The notes beneath the pieces are model-generated. The model made no database searches. It was given only the letters and a program-made list of their open reading frames with translations, and was not told the origin of the DNA. The translations under genes and the position numbers were made by a program. A stretch of 64,000 bases of DNA from Eledone cirrhosa (Eukaryota), in the NCBI GenBank assembly GCA_964016885.1, contig OZ024741.1, forward strand, positions 213,342,001-213,406,000, given 5' to 3'. Below, piece after piece: positions 30,213-44,661 of the stretch. Every line of letters begins with the position of its first letter. Position 1 is the first letter of the stretch.

Positions 30213-31163
30213 CTGACTTCTACACCATTTTCCGTCAACGGAATTCTACTTAGAAAGCAATAACCAACTCGAAGCTATAGTAGTCGAGTTGCTACTACGC
30301 AATGGGACTAAACCTGAACACGAAAGCATGTTAATTTAAAATGACCTCTTTAAACACACAGCCATGCCTGTACCATCGATAACCTGGCGTAACACCCGGC
30401 AATGTTGCATTAACACTATTAATTCATTTCCTCACAATTTGCCAACAAAGACGTAATTTGAGTTTTAAGAGAAATACCGTCTTTGATGAAACGAAATGCG
30501 ACAAGTTCTATAATCGTAATTCTTTCGCCTGAATTAAATATTTCCTACTCAATCCATTTTAATATTTCATTTAAATTAGATTATTTAAAAGCTATTTTGT
30601 TTTTATATTTAAGAAAGAAAAAAGTTAAAATAGCCGTATTTTTTCCTGTTCCAAGACAAATAACATCAGTTACATCAAGATCAATTTAAACCAGTGTGCA
30701 TTACAACTGATAGCTGCCGGATTTTATAAAAAAGAAATCCCTTCCTTCCGAAGGAATCGCTCACCTTTGTTTAATTAATGCCTTTCTGAATATGATTACA
30801 GCCTATATCTAAGGATTTCATGGACACTCACACACACACATACATACATACACACACAGCAGCCATCATTTTGTTTTAACTAATAATGATAGTAATGTGG
30901 GCACAAAGTTTATAAAACAGATGATGGACAATAACAACAACAAAACAAAACAATAATAATAATTTTGATATTAGTGGAATATTTTAGCAAATAAAGAACA
31001 AGAAAGAACAAACCAGCTTTCGACAAACCGGAGAAAATTGGTCACAAAAGCCCCTGCATGGTGAATAACTTAACGGAGCCAGCGATCCTTACCCATCTGT
31101 GGTGAGGGGTATATTATTGCTGCCAAGATCAGTGCCTTCCAACCAGAAATTATAAGTGCCACG

Positions 31164-31300
31164 TCTTCTTCTTCTTCTTCTTCTTCTTCTTCTTCTTCTT
31201 CTTCTTCTTCTTCTTCTTCTTTTTCTTCTTCTTCTTCTTCTTCTTCTTCTTCTTCTTCTTCTTCTTCTTCTTCTTCTTCTTCTTCTTCTTCTTCTTCTTC
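31164..31300. repeat. (CTT)n microsatellite
   Basis: Direct reading. Confidence 0.97.
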
Positions 31301-31339
31301 TGCCCATTGGTTTTGCCAGTAAAATCTGCCAAGCTATTC

Positions 31340-31870
31340 TTACCTGAGACATTCTAACGACATGTCACATTTAAAAAAAAATGACCCCGACCCATTGTGA
31401 TGTATATGTCAAGAAAAGTGGGAGATAATAAATCACATTAGATCTGGATGTGGTCGAATGCCACTGACTGTGTACCTGCAACTACGTAGGATGACATACC
31501 GCACGTTTATTCTCTCTTATAAAGAGAATTGGTTACACTAAATACTGAAGTCACAATCTAAACAGGGAAATCGAAGGCAATCGGCAAGTTATTGTTGTTA
31601 AGACTTTTGTTTTATAGATGTCACAGCCCCAACTGACAAGAACATTTCTCTATAAATAATCGAGAAATTCACTAAATATAAGGACCTTGAAATAGAAGTT
31701 AGCAGAATGTGGCATCTCAAAATAATTACATTACCTGTAGACACTAGGAATGATACCCAAGGTTATGGACAATTCTATAGTTCAAATTCTTGGCTGCCCT
31801 AAAAATAGTGAGTTGCAAAAATATCATTTTCATGGGTACTTCACTCATTTGGCGCAAGTTTCTCTCCTTG
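31340..31870 (+). pseudogene. C-terminal zinc-finger / restriction-like endonuclease fragment of an R4/Dong-type LINE
   Basis: Hand translation INHI.SGC, IDVTAPTD, EKFTKYKDLEIEVSRMW. Confidence 0.7.
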
Positions 31871-32012
31871 TAGGCACAAAGTTTCTACATACATATAGAT
31901 ACAATGTTGATACAGATGAACTAGACGTGGTCTCCTGGCCTGACTTGTCTCATAACTTGACCCTAACCCGTCTAACTTATTCAAGCGTAGAAAATGGACC
32001 TTAAGCGATGAC

Positions 32013-32076
<64 letters not shown>

Positions 32077-32139
32077 CGGAGGAGGAGGAGGAGGACAAGA
32101 ATAATAATTATGAATATTGTGATGATGATGATGGTAATA

Positions 32140-32330
32140 ATTGTTTCTACTTTTGGCACAAGGCCAGCAATTATCCCAGCGCATTACTGGTACTTTATGT
32201 TATCGACCCCGTAAGGATGAAAGGCAAAGTTAACCTCGGCGGGATTTGAACTGAGAATGGCAAGGGCCGTAACTCTATGCGTCAAAGCATTATCTCCGAC
32301 CCTCTACCGATACTGCCACTCCACCGCCGT
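32140..32330 (-). mobile_element. tRNA-derived SINE
   Basis: Reverse complement of the main SINE consensus. Confidence 0.85.
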
Positions 32331-32539
32331 GAATGATGATGATGATAATAATACATGCACTCAATACACACACTCACAGGTTGTAGACAGAAACTTCTGG
32401 ATTATTTGACCAAACCCACAACTGCATGATATATCACCTCTTAAGACTGGCTAAACTGTTGGCTCTTGACGCATCTGGTTGAGACGTGGGAGCAACGCGT
32501 ACAATCTAATCTAATCTGATTAACACTCGCAAATAAGAA

Positions 32540-32958
32540 GAACCAGGGTCGCCCCTAGGAGAATTGGATTTGGTGTACTTCAAATTTGTTTCAGTTGTTG
32601 AATACAATCAGGGGTCGCTGCTTCTGCTGAAGGTCAATAGTTCTCTCCTAACGCCAGTGGGAGCGCCTTTCCATTGTCAATTTGCATTGATCATCTGCAA
32701 AGCAGCATTGTTCTCAGAACCACTACACCAGTCTTTCGATGCATGCAGTTGGAACTACTGCCACTCATTGATTTGGCAGGATTTTTTTTTCTTTAGATGG
32801 CCGTTGACTCTTATGAGTTCAACCGCTCTTTGTCAGGTTTTGTTTTTTGTAGTGCAGAGTGTCCAAAATCACCCTCCTTGGTCGGGTTGCCGATTTAGTC
32901 GCCGACGACCCGACCATGCGACAGGCTGTACTGGGTTACATGCTACGAGTAGCACTCA
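32540..32958. repeat. Dispersed repeat of unknown class (second, deleted copy at 55868-56168)
   Basis: aagaaccagggtcgcccctagg...gccgacgacccgaccatgcgacagg shared by both copies. Confidence 0.75.
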
Positions 32959-33059
32959 AACAAAAGCAAAAGCAAAATAATAAACAACTGCAGTCAGTTG
33001 TTTATGGAAAAAACCCACTCTCTTTCCCAGCAAATACCCCAAAGCTACAAGCCCATAAC

Positions 33060-34410
33060 ATGCTTTCTTACTACATAAAAAAAACTTTAACTGTAAATGT
33101 ATCGCAGAAACTGAACAAGTGCCTGGAATAAAACAACCTGCTTCCAGAAGAACAGAAACAAAGCTGTAAAGACTCATATGGCTTTAAATACCAGTTGCTA
33201 ATCAATAAAAGCAAAACCGAGAACTGCAGAAAAAAAACAAAAACGACCACTTCGGCGTGGCATGGATTAACTACCAGAAGGCGTTTGACAGTGTTCCCTA
33301 TACAAGGATACTGAATATATTAGCTATGAATAAAGTAAGACCGACAATAAAAACATTTATCAAGCATGCACAAACGAAGGATAGAACAATAAAAACTGAG
33401 CCCATAACAATCAGGAAAAGGATATTTATTTCAAAGGGACCCCCTATAAACATTGCTTTTCTATCTAACACTAACACCATTACCTGAGACACTAAGCAGA
33501 ACTGGAATTAGGCATAAATGCTGCAAGAAAATTAATCATTTCCTATATACGAATGATCCAAAGCTGTATGCTACAAACGAGGAACAATTTGAAATATGCT
33601 GCATGAGTACATGGATTCACAAAGGTATAAGGCATCAAATTTGGACTAGAAAAATGCGCCAAAGCACCGCTGAAAAGAAGCAACTTAATGAAAAACACTA
33701 CAATGCTCGATACAGAAACTGAGATAAGAGAATTAGATCAAACAAAGATATACAAATACTTAGGAAACAAAGAACTAGACAGGGTTTGATAGCATACAGA
33801 AGATGGAAAAGATTAGAAAAGAATACTATAGACGGATTATATTGCTATTTCATACAGAACCAAATACAAATAACTGGCATCAATACTCTAGCGATCCCAG
33901 TAATATGCTATATTTTAAATATTCTGAACTGATCGGTAAATGAAATAGCAGGAATGGAAAGAAAAGCAAGTAAAATAATGACTACATTTGCAATACACCA
34001 TCTCAAATGAAATGTAGAAATATTATAGGCAAGGAGGAAAGGATCTTATGAAACTAAAACAACTATTATAAAATAACCGCTGTAGGACCACACAAATATC
34101 TAATGAAGAAGAAATGAAAATTAAAACAAATAGCCACGAAGCATGAACAAACAAAAACGTGTTTTCTGTCTTTAAGGAAGCCATGACATTCTACACAGAA
34201 AACGGATTCAGAGATAATTGTAAGGAAAATAAAATGAAAGAAAAATTAACCACAGAAATTGTGAAAAACTTAAAATCTAAAATGAAAGCAGATCTCTAGA
34301 AGGCCATGCTAAAACTATGGCAAGGAAAATCCTTACATGATCAGTACCTGCAAAAGCTGAATAGAGTATAATTAGACAACCAAAACTCACAATACTTGCT
34401 ACGAAGCACT
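33060..34410 (+). pseudogene. Degraded RT of an R4/Dong-type LINE
   Basis: LLPEEQK, AWINYQKAFDSVP, INHFLYTND, FGLEKC, YKYLG, INTLAIPV across frames. Confidence 0.8.
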
Positions 34411-34639
34411 AGAGAAAAAGCCGAGATTTTTTGGACAAGGCCAGCAATATGTAGGGAAGAGGACAGTGGATTAAATTGACACCAGTGCGTTACTCTACTT
34501 ACTCCGTACTGATAAGGATAATAAGGATAATAAGGATAAGGTATTGATAAGTTGTTTATTTGCTACAAGGACTCAGAGATAATAGGGACGATGTTATTAG
34601 GACAAGATACAAACGCAAAAATATTAAGAGAAGATAAAT

Positions 34640-34640
34640 T

Positions 34641-34692
<52 letters not shown>

Positions 34693-34711
34693 CAGCAGCA
34701 GCAACATCAGC

Positions 34712-34757
<46 letters not shown>

Positions 34758-34789
34758 ATAGTAGCAGCAGCAACAGTAGTAGTAGTTGT

Positions 34790-34880
<91 letters not shown>
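34640..34880. repeat. (TAG)n/(CAG)n microsatellite
   Basis: Direct reading. Confidence 0.95.
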
Positions 34881-36027
34881 TCAACAACAGCAGTAATAGT
34901 AGTAAAAATAGTAATTTTTTTCTTAAAATTTCTCCTGCTATTACTTTTCGATATCAAAGAAAAAATGTTCTTCCTTTCTGTTTGTGTATTTCTAGTCGAT
35001 ATTAACAACCTTGTGACTGAATCAAATCCCGGTCTGTTACTATAAATATTTAACATCCTTGCCATCCTTCTCCACTGGATATCGATACCCGGGGCTGTGG
35101 GGAGGCCATCACCTGGAACCCCATTTGCTCACCATACGGATTAACCACACTGTTTGACATGCATTTTTCTTTAAATATTTTTAGAAGTAAATACCATACC
35201 CAGAAAATAACTACTACTACTAGCGTAAACATTGGTTTCTTTTAAAGCGTGACACCCAAAATCAACAAAACAAACGAAAAAATGTGCTATCCTCCGCCAA
35301 ATTTAGCATCCGATGGAATCATTGAAGAAATAAGAGAAATACAAAAGGGGGAGTGAAGCAGTTCAGAATGTTCTATAGCAGAACCTTCAAAATGGCTGAC
35401 TATATAATGCAGGATGGCCGAGGATGGTCGGTTTTGGGGTTGAGTTCGTGAAAGTTTTATGGAGCATGGCGAGAGGGATTGTGATGCCGTGATGACGTAA
35501 TGGTGTGAGGGCTTAAGGATGTTGTACCTTCTTGTAACTGTGGGATTGTGTGGTTGTGAGGCTGAAAAAGTGAGTTATCATATTCATCATCACACTCAAC
35601 ATCATCATTTTCATCGGTAACGTTGTCATTATCATTAATGTCATCATCACCACTCATTACATCATCAATGACCATCATGGTGATGTTGGTGGTGATTCAG
35701 TTCTACTTTTTCTGTCCACGGAAATATTAATAAGCAATCATTTGATAACATTTGTCACAGTGTATTCATTACACATAGATTGACAAACGGAAGACAAGGT
35801 AAACACAAGTAAAAACAAAATTAGTTTCGCTCTAACATAGCGGACACATAAAGGCATTCGTGTGTTTTATATCAAATGATAGTAACATTCGATTCATTTG
35901 CAAGCAAACAGCCTCATACAATATGTGTTTTAGACAATTATCGTCATCCTTTTGTTCTAACAGATGACGATAGTCGTCTAAAAGACACAGCGTAATGAGG
36001 ATGTTAGCTTGCAAACGAATGGAATAT

Positions 36028-36415
36028 TAAGGGCGGTGAATTGGCAGTATCGGTAGAGGGTCAGACACCATGCTTTCCAGCATAGTTACGTCCCTTACGG
36101 TCTGAGTTCAAACCCCGTCGAGGTTAACTTTGCCTTTCATCCTTACGGGGGTCGTTAAAATAAAGTATCAGTAATACACTGGTATAATTGCTGGCCTTGT
36201 GCCAAAAGTAGAAACAATTATATTCGGTGGATTGGCAGTATCGGTAGAGGGTCGGACGCCATGCTTTGCAGCAAAGAGTTACGGCCATTTTACATTCTGA
36301 GTTCAAATCCCGCCGAGGTTAACTTTGCCTTTCATCCTTACGAGGTCGATAAAATAAAGTACCAGTAATGCACTGGATAATTGCTGGCTTTGTGCCAAAA
36401 GTAGAAACAATTATT
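36028..36415 (+). mobile_element. Two head-to-tail SINEs
   Basis: A/B boxes and core present twice. Confidence 0.88.
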
Positions 36416-36416
36416 A

Positions 36417-37339
36417 TCTACTTATATATATAACCAGCAATTTCTCTGTCTGCCTGTCCGACAGTGGAAACACGTGCGTAGAGAGAGAGTGAAAGTGAAA
36501 GAAAGAGACAGACTACGAGAGGGGGATAGCGGGAGGGAGAGAGAGAGAGAGAATAGACGCTAAAACACGTGCTACAGAAATATTACCTTCCCCTTCCTTT
36601 ATAGAAACATTACCTTCCCCTCTCCACTGACTTTGGTCACTGAGGCCGAGGGAATCGCTGGTTGCTATAGAGACACCTTGCACAAGCCAGAAGTAACCAG
36701 TTCGAGGCGGTTCTGACTCGACACCATGCGAAGAAGGTTGCCATTGAATTTGTGGTTGTTGCTGCTGATAATAAGGACCATTTGAAGAAGGTTGCTGCTG
36801 ATGAGGTAATTTATTAATCAGATTGCGCAGTTCCATAACCTACGTTTGATTTGTTCAATTTTTTTCTTCAATTTTTTTTTTTTTTTTTTTCTTATTGAAA
36901 AAACATAAATAATAAAATAAGGTTAGAAATTTAAATACAATTAAATACGATTTAATTTCCATTTCCAGCAGCCAATGTCCAGTGTTCAATTTCATGAAAA
37001 AATTGGAAATAATTCAAAAAATTGAAGTTTAACTTTTGAACATTTGTTTTGACAATAAAAAAATATTTCCTTATTCACACCTAATGGTATGATTAAAATT
37101 TCATAGGAATATTTTTTTCTAACCGCCAGTTATTTATTTTCTCCTTTTTCGTTTTAACATATATTTATTTCAAAGATTTCACTGTATAGAAAACATATAT
37201 ATTTATACATGCATAAAAGACACACCGAGAGACGGTGAACATGTGGTGCCGAAAACATTTCTCATCCAAATCTCAACAATATCAGTATATACACTAGATT
37301 TGCTAACAGAAAACCGCCCACCGGGTGGTTTTCTGCTAG
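36417..37339 (+). mobile_element. Non-autonomous Helitron-like element
   Basis: A|TC start; 3' hairpin agaaaaccgccc-acc-gggtggttttct then CTAG|T. Confidence 0.7.
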
Positions 37340-37844
37340 TCTATATATACAAAACTGAGGATGTCTGTCTGTGTGTGTCTGAGTTTGAATCCCTAAACCT
37401 AGAGAACCGAGTGTTTTCAAACTTTACACATGTAATACTTGTTTCAGGAAGTGTTCTGAGCAAAATCTTTTTCGAATTTTCAATGCCCTAGGGACCGCAT
37501 TAAGCGATTTAGCGATCTCTCTCTGTAATTCTTAGTCTTTCTCTTTTTACATAGATACATACATATAACGTCGCGCCCTTATAATATCTGTCTGTATGTC
37601 TGGCTGTCTACTGCATCGTGTTATTCTGCCACCCTTGCTCAAGACAAATCTCACACTCATTCCCCAAACAGTTGGTAAGTGCATACAACTTCTTCCTCAA
37701 GTTTTAAGCCACAGTGTTGCTTACTTACGTACCACCAGACCCTTACTTCTTTGCCAGCCGTGGTTGTGGCAATACTAAGCTTAGCTAAGGCGGTTATATA
37801 TTTCACAATACCTTATTCCGTGCAACGCCGGGTACCACTGCTAG
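37340..37844 (+). mobile_element. Second non-autonomous Helitron-like element
   Basis: TCTATATA start; ccgtgcaacgccggg then CTAG|T. Confidence 0.7.
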
Positions 37845-38016
37845 TTCAATATAAAACTGAGGAATGCATAAACACAAGTAGTTTTATGTTGACGCCATAG
37901 AAATCTAAACTGAAACATTTGGGGCGTTTAGAGCTTAAACATGTGACCGGCAAAGGAAAGTGAGAGAAAGACATAGAAATAAGAGAAGAAAGGAATGAGT
38001 CGTGGGATCGTTTACT

Positions 38017-39025
38017 TTCTGAGTTCAAATCCCGCCGAGGTTAACTTTGCCTTTCATCCTTACAGGATCGATAAAATAAAATAGCAGTAATACGCTGGGA
38101 TAATTGCTGGCCTTGTGCCAAAAGTAGAAACAATTATATTCATTTACGCCAGGACGGCCAAATTGGGAGTATCGGTAGAAGATCGGACACCATGTTTTGA
38201 CACATAGAGTTACGGCCCTTACCATTCTGAGTTCAAATATCGCCGAGGTTAATTTTGCCTTTTATCCTTACGGGGTCGATAAAATATTGTACCAGTAATG
38301 TACTGGGGTAGATTTAATCGACTTTCCTCTCTCCCCAAATTACTGTCCTTGTGCCTACAGTAGAAAACATTATATTGAAATACATAAGGGCGGTTGATTG
38401 GCAGTAACGGTAGAGCATCGGACAACATGTTTGTGGCATATAGTTACGTCCCTTTACGTTCTTATTTCAAATCGCGCGGAGGTTAGCTTAGCCTTTCATC
38501 CTAACGGGGTCGACACAATAAAGTACCAGTAACGCACTGGGGTATATTTAATCGACTTTCTCATACTCCTAATTTGTTGGCCTTTTGCCTAAATCAACTG
38601 CCAATATTAGGGCGTTGGATTAGCTGTATCTGTAAAGCGTTGGACACCATGTTTCGTGACCCTTTACGTTCATATTTCAAATCCCGCCAAGATTAGCTTT
38701 GCATTTCATCCTTATGGGATTAATAAAATAAAGTACCAGTCACGCACTGGTGTCGATTTAATCAACGTTTCACTTCTAAAATGGTGTCCTTGTGCCTAAA
38801 AGAGAAACCATTATGTATGATTTATATAAGGGCGTTGGATTGGTAGTTTAGATAGAGCGTCGGACACTGTGCTTCTCATCATGTTATGCCCGTTTACCTT
38901 CTTATTATAGATTCATCCTTACGGGGGTCGATATAATAAAGTTCCAATAACTCACTGCGGTGAATTTAATTGAATTTACCCTGCTTCAAATTTGGTGGCC
39001 TTATGCCTAAATCAGAAACGATTAT
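38017..39025 (+). mobile_element. Five head-to-tail SINEs
   Basis: SINE core recurs about every 210-230 bp. Confidence 0.85.
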
Positions 39026-39968
39026 ATTGAAATATATTATTGTAACTTTCTTTTACTAGCTTCAGTCAGAGAACGGGGTTCATGTTGGAGCATTGATCTT
39101 GCTTTACAATTTAAGGATTTGTATTTTGTTTTCACCAGTGTTTAGATGCAGGAAGTTAACTTCACTCAGTAAAATTGACAACGGCTTTCTTAGTATCTCT
39201 CTTACTGTAACCCGTTCCTTACCATATTTCTAATGAAATGCATTCTATTTCAATTAATTAAGGAACAAATGTGAGGGATTTAATAAAATTATTAATTATT
39301 TCATTACTAAGATTCTAACTTAGTTTATGGTGCATATATAAAATTATGTTGGAAGATTTAATTTAAAGACGAACCTTTAAAATTAGGGAGCTTTGTTTCA
39401 TAGAAGCAGCACCGGTTTTGTCGAGTTTGTTTTTAAAGGAGTAGAAATTCACAATGAAAATAGATGTTGTATTACGTTGGTTCCGAGATTCGCTATATCC
39501 GTGTATTGTTGTTGCATCAGCTATTAAATTTTACAATTAAATTAAAACCGAATGTAATTTGCTAAATATTTACAGGCAAATAAATGCTTCGATATATATA
39601 CAGTGTATGTATTTTTTTTATAAATTAACATTCTATTTCTTTTCCTCTTCATGTTTAGAATTAATATAAAATTCCTTTTAAAGATTCACATTGAAATTAA
39701 AACACAGATATTGTTTACTAAATAAAATAGCTTTTGTAAAAGTTTAAAATGAAATTGAAGCAATATTTGTGATAATATTGAACACAAATTTTTTTATGCG
39801 ATACATGAGAAGACGAATATTTCATTTTTGCTCAGTATTGCCTGTTCACACACACACACAAACACTCACACTCACACAACCACATACATATATATATATA
39901 TATATATGCATAAATACATAAATATATAAATGTACATATATTATACATATATGTATATATATATGTTT

Positions 39969-40030
<62 letters not shown>

Positions 40031-40049
40031 CACACACACACACACACAT

Positions 40050-40101
<52 letters not shown>

Positions 40102-40411
40102 TTATACAGACATATATATATATATATAATACATATATATCTGTTTATCCTTTGAAAGGGAAAGCAAGAGAAATGTTTGTTTACGTTGTGATTCATTTCA
40201 TTATTTGCCTTGAATTTTAAATTTCAAACCATGTGATGGAGGAGAAATTGTTATTCAATGTTATTTTTTAAAATAAATGCCAACATTTTCTTGCAATCTG
40301 TTAAAGTTTCTATTCAACAAATGTTAACACTTTAATTCTCTGCAACAATCTAATAATTCATTATAAAAACAAAATATATACTCCACTATATTGTAAATCT
40401 GAAAAAAAAAA

Positions 40412-40446
<35 letters not shown>

Positions 40447-40894
40447 CCTACTTAGATTTTCAGTAGTAATATTTTTAATGGAAACTACAAAAATATCTTT
40501 AAATAAATTATTGAAATATTAAATATAATTAATGTAATTGCATATTATTATACTATTTGTGTATGATAAAATAGAGGTGTCCATTTGAAAAACCAACAGC
40601 ACCAAGTGGAATGTTCCAGCACAGACAAGAATATGGAAAAAGCATTACAACGAGAAGACCTGTGGAACAAACAGACGCTATAAACTTCTGAATGGCGGAA
40701 GCGCTTTCCATGAGGAAACGAGACCCGGCCCTGAACCATTGGAGTGATGTGAACATATGGAAACATCTGCACATATACTCAAAAATGAACGACCGAGTCT
40801 GAATAAGGATTTTAGATCCGAAAGCAGCACTCGCTAAGTATCAACTCTTGCATGCTACATTCACTCCCTCTTGCTGTTATTAATGGTGACTGGA

Positions 40895-41115
40895 GGACGG
40901 CGGATTGGCAGTATCGGTAGAGCGTCGGACCCCATGCTTTGCAGCATAGAGTTATGGCCCTTTACATTCAGAGTTCAAATCCCACCGTGGTCAGATTTGC
41001 TTTTCATCCTAACGGTGTCGATAAAATAAACACAAGTAATACACGAGGGTCGATTTCATCGACTTTTCTTTCCCCTTCAATTTGCTGCCCTTGTGCCTAA
41101 AGTTGAAACAGTTAT
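40895..41115 (+). mobile_element. tRNA-derived SINE
   Basis: A/B boxes and core. Confidence 0.85.
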
Positions 41116-41519
41116 TATCGATGAATGTACTTTGAACTTTCACCAATGATATAGTAGTAGTGGTGGTTATAGTTGTAATATACATGTGAATGTGTGACTG
41201 TGACACATCTACATACATACCTGGTCCAACACAAAGAAACGAAACTCCAACTGTCCGTGGCTCCATCTCTCCCGCTCTCCCAATCACTCACTATTATGAC
41301 CAAATGGTGGGCCAACGCGCTGGCAAAATGTCGGCCCTAGCCATCCCTTGGGGCCAAGGATACCTAGACTGTAACTCTGTATCCGTTCACGATGACTATA
41401 CTAATCCTAATTTCAATTCCAATCTGTATTTTTTATCTTTTTCCATTTTTTATTCAAACCCTGACTCAAACAAACATGCCTATCAACACCTGTATCCTCA
41501 CCTAAACGAGCAATAAAAC

Positions 41520-41809
41520 CAAGGGACTTGTTTCAGGGGGTTCCAGGGAACAAGTCCCCCCCCCCCAACACACTCACACTTTTTCAAACGTCTATATTTT
41601 ATTTTTTGTTTATTTGATATAATACATTCTTTTTAAGCTTATTTTTTTTTTATATCTGAACTTCATTTGAATATATAAAATTTAATTAGCGTAAAATATT
41701 ACTTACGTGATACGGTCCGAGAAAGACACCATAAGCAATTTATGCTCCTTTAAGAATCAACAAATATTGGTTAGTCCCCTTCACATTTTTAAGGCAAACG
41801 AGGCCCCTG
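41520..41809. mobile_element. hAT-type MITE
   Basis: Imperfect TIRs caagggacttgttt / aaacgaggcccctg; flanks aataaaac / aataaatt match 6 of 8. Confidence 0.5.
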
Positions 41810-42067
41810 AATAAATTAATATATGTTTACCGCTTTAAACAAGTTTTATCTCGCTTATTTAATCCAATTATTTCCACCTCTTATCTTCTCTTACCTCACG
41901 TCTAGCTCCACCCTCATTCCTCTCTTATGTAACACTTCCTGGACAGAGATGCAACCACAATGACTACAATATTCACTATACATGAGAATTTATAGTCTGT
42001 TTAGTTACAAGTGTCTTCATCTTCACTTTGTTTTATTGCGACCGTTGTATGCAGAGAGTTGCCAAAA

Positions 42068-42101
42068 GGTGTTAGCTTCAGTACTTGTGTATTTGTGCGT
42101 A

Positions 42102-42152
<51 letters not shown>

Positions 42153-42580
42153 ATACTTTGGGAGGGTCATGTTGCCAATAAGAAACACACGCACCAGTTG
42201 CTTTCACTTCAATTTATTATATATTTATAAATTTATAAATTTACAAATCTACAAACTTATAAATTTCTGGTTGGTTGGTTGGTTCCACAACCAGATAGTT
42301 GTTTATATATAGTCGTAGTCCTTTCGTCACACACTCTGTGACCTCTTCAGTGACTGGCGATTCCTTTCTTTGTTTCTGTGCCTTTCCTTTCTTCTGTCCT
42401 ACGCCATTTTGTAGGTTTGTAGATTTGTAAATTTATAAATTTATAAATATATAATAAATTGAAGTGAAAGCAACTGGTGCGTGTGTTTCTTATTGGCAAC
42501 ATGACCCTCCCAAAGTATAACAATATCGGTTTCAACACACGATTTCAGATAAAGAATCTTGCTAAACAAATTCAGAAACG

Positions 42581-42656
<76 letters not shown>

Positions 42657-42693
42657 GCATACGCACAAATACACAAGTACTGAAGCTAACACC
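42068..42693. mobile_element. Fold-back solo PLE1 terminal repeat with a family B HHR (42311-42355, -)
   Basis: Arms near-identical to the PLE1 repeats; flank 42068-42110 duplicated inverted at 42650-42693. Confidence 0.88.
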
Positions 42694-42696
42694 TTA

Positions 42697-42755
<59 letters not shown>

Positions 42756-43177
42756 TTTTTTTTTTTCTTTTTTTTTTTTTTCTTTCTAAATTATTATTCC
42801 ATTTTTATAAATATATCGAGATTGATACTTTCCTTTAATTATTACACTCCCTTACCTCTTTTACTTCCACATCTAAGTGTACGTGTGTGTAGGTGTGTTT
42901 ATGCGCGTGCCTTCATATTCTTATGATGTATTTATTCTGTCTGTAGTTTACAGACACACAGATACATTTGCCCTAAAATATATATTTACGCACACTTTTT
43001 CACTATACGTATATATTTTTGCATACACATATATACACATCTGTGAGCGTATGTACATACATATACACACACCTAACTTGAAAGATTTTTATATATTTCA
43101 TATTGTAATTCATTTGTCTATATATTTCTTTTTGCTTTTCTTGATGAGTCTTTCCAAGTATTTACCCATGTTTAATA

Positions 43178-43253
43178 TTGCCTCGTCTGACGAACGAATA
43201 AAGACGTTTCTTTCGTATTCGCCTCATTCGGGAAACATCTGGTAATGAGGTAA
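43178..43253 (+). ncRNA. Type I hammerhead (family D), long stem II
   Basis: uugccucgu CUGACGA a cgaau..auucg g GAAA c-aucug-g UA augagguaa; 9-bp stem I. Confidence 0.75.
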
Positions 43254-43351
43254 TTATACTATATTGATTTTTATACATTAAATTTTGCTCTGGTACTTAC
43301 ATAGAGCACTCTTCACTTCTATGACCTTTTCTGTTTTCAACGGAAATTTCA

Positions 43352-43385
<34 letters not shown>

Positions 43386-43389
<4 letters not shown>

Positions 43390-43575
43390 GGAAAAAATGA
43401 AACGAAATTTCATTTCTCACTCTTAGTACGGCTGTTACTTAAATATAAGTATGTATACATTATAATAAATATTCGGTGAATCCATACGTACATATATATG
43501 TGTGCATGTATGTATATATATATACATACTACTGTACGTCTGTATACATATATGTATGTACGTATACATACTTAT
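43386..43575. repeat. Family A fold-back fragment without HHR
   Basis: - piece 43386-43458 followed by + piece 43458-43575. Confidence 0.8.
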
Positions 43576-43598
43576 ATATATATATATATATATATATA

Positions 43599-43763
43599 TG
43601 AACGAGTAGGACCCCGACGGCTGAGCTCAAACCGTTTCGACGGCTAATTCTGGACTCAGCCGTCGGCGTCCTACTCGTTCCTATTACTCACTCTACTACC
43701 CTAAGTATTGAGTACTTTAGTGCGTTATGGTCCACCTGGTTCTTAACCACATTTCCTTCGTTA
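43599..43763 (+). mobile_element. Solo fold-back PLE2-type terminal repeat
   Basis: Arms gaacgagtaggac.ccgacggctgag / ctcagccgtcggcgtcctactcgttc; tail matches 49275-49353. Confidence 0.8.
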
Positions 43764-43785
43764 TATATATAAATATATAAATATA

Positions 43786-44120
43786 AGATGGCGTAGACAT
43801 ACAATACAACATAATAGGGACATAATAGCACCACTGATGATGTTGCAAATGTGCAACGAAAGAACTTTGTTAGACTATATATATGTGTTTACATCAATAT
43901 TATATCTGTATTTTTGACCGTTGGTCAGTCAATGATAAACATTGAGGACGAAATGAATTAACTGTGGAGATATAAAAGATACAGAAGCGAAAACCAACCA
44001 AACAGTGAGTGTATTTTGTTATTAATTCTGGCAATATTATTACAACAATATGACCCTCCTCAAATATAACAATATTTCTTTCTACACACGATTTCATATC
44101 AAAAACCTCGCAAAACAAAT
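43786..44120 (+). mobile_element. Solo PLE terminal repeat (family B') with HHR at 43832-43869
   Basis: CUGAUGA u guugca-aaug-ugcaac GAAA gaac UU; stem I weak. Confidence 0.72.
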
Positions 44121-44265
44121 TCATCGCCATCATTCCTTGCCATTCTGATTTCAAATCCCGCCGAGGTTAACTTTGCCTTTCATCCTTACGGGGTCGATAA
44201 AATAAAGTATCAGTAATACATTGGGTAATTGCTGGCCTTGTGCCAAATGGAGAAACAATTACATA

Positions 44266-44505
<240 letters not shown>

Positions 44506-44616
44506 CTTTAATTTCTTTTGTCAAAATACGGCGATAGCTTACATTTCTAATAATTTCAAACCCACTCGCTGTCTGTTTCGAAAATATTCTTATTTGATAT
44601 ATATATATATATATAT

Positions 44617-44661
<45 letters not shown>

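Noticed and set aside
36513-36836. Q-rich ORF inside the Helitron-like element as a captured gene
   Set aside because: Low complexity and no identifiable domain
40548-40800. Possible host exon in unique, more GC-balanced sequence
   Set aside because: No recognisable motif in any frame and no convincing splice-site pair
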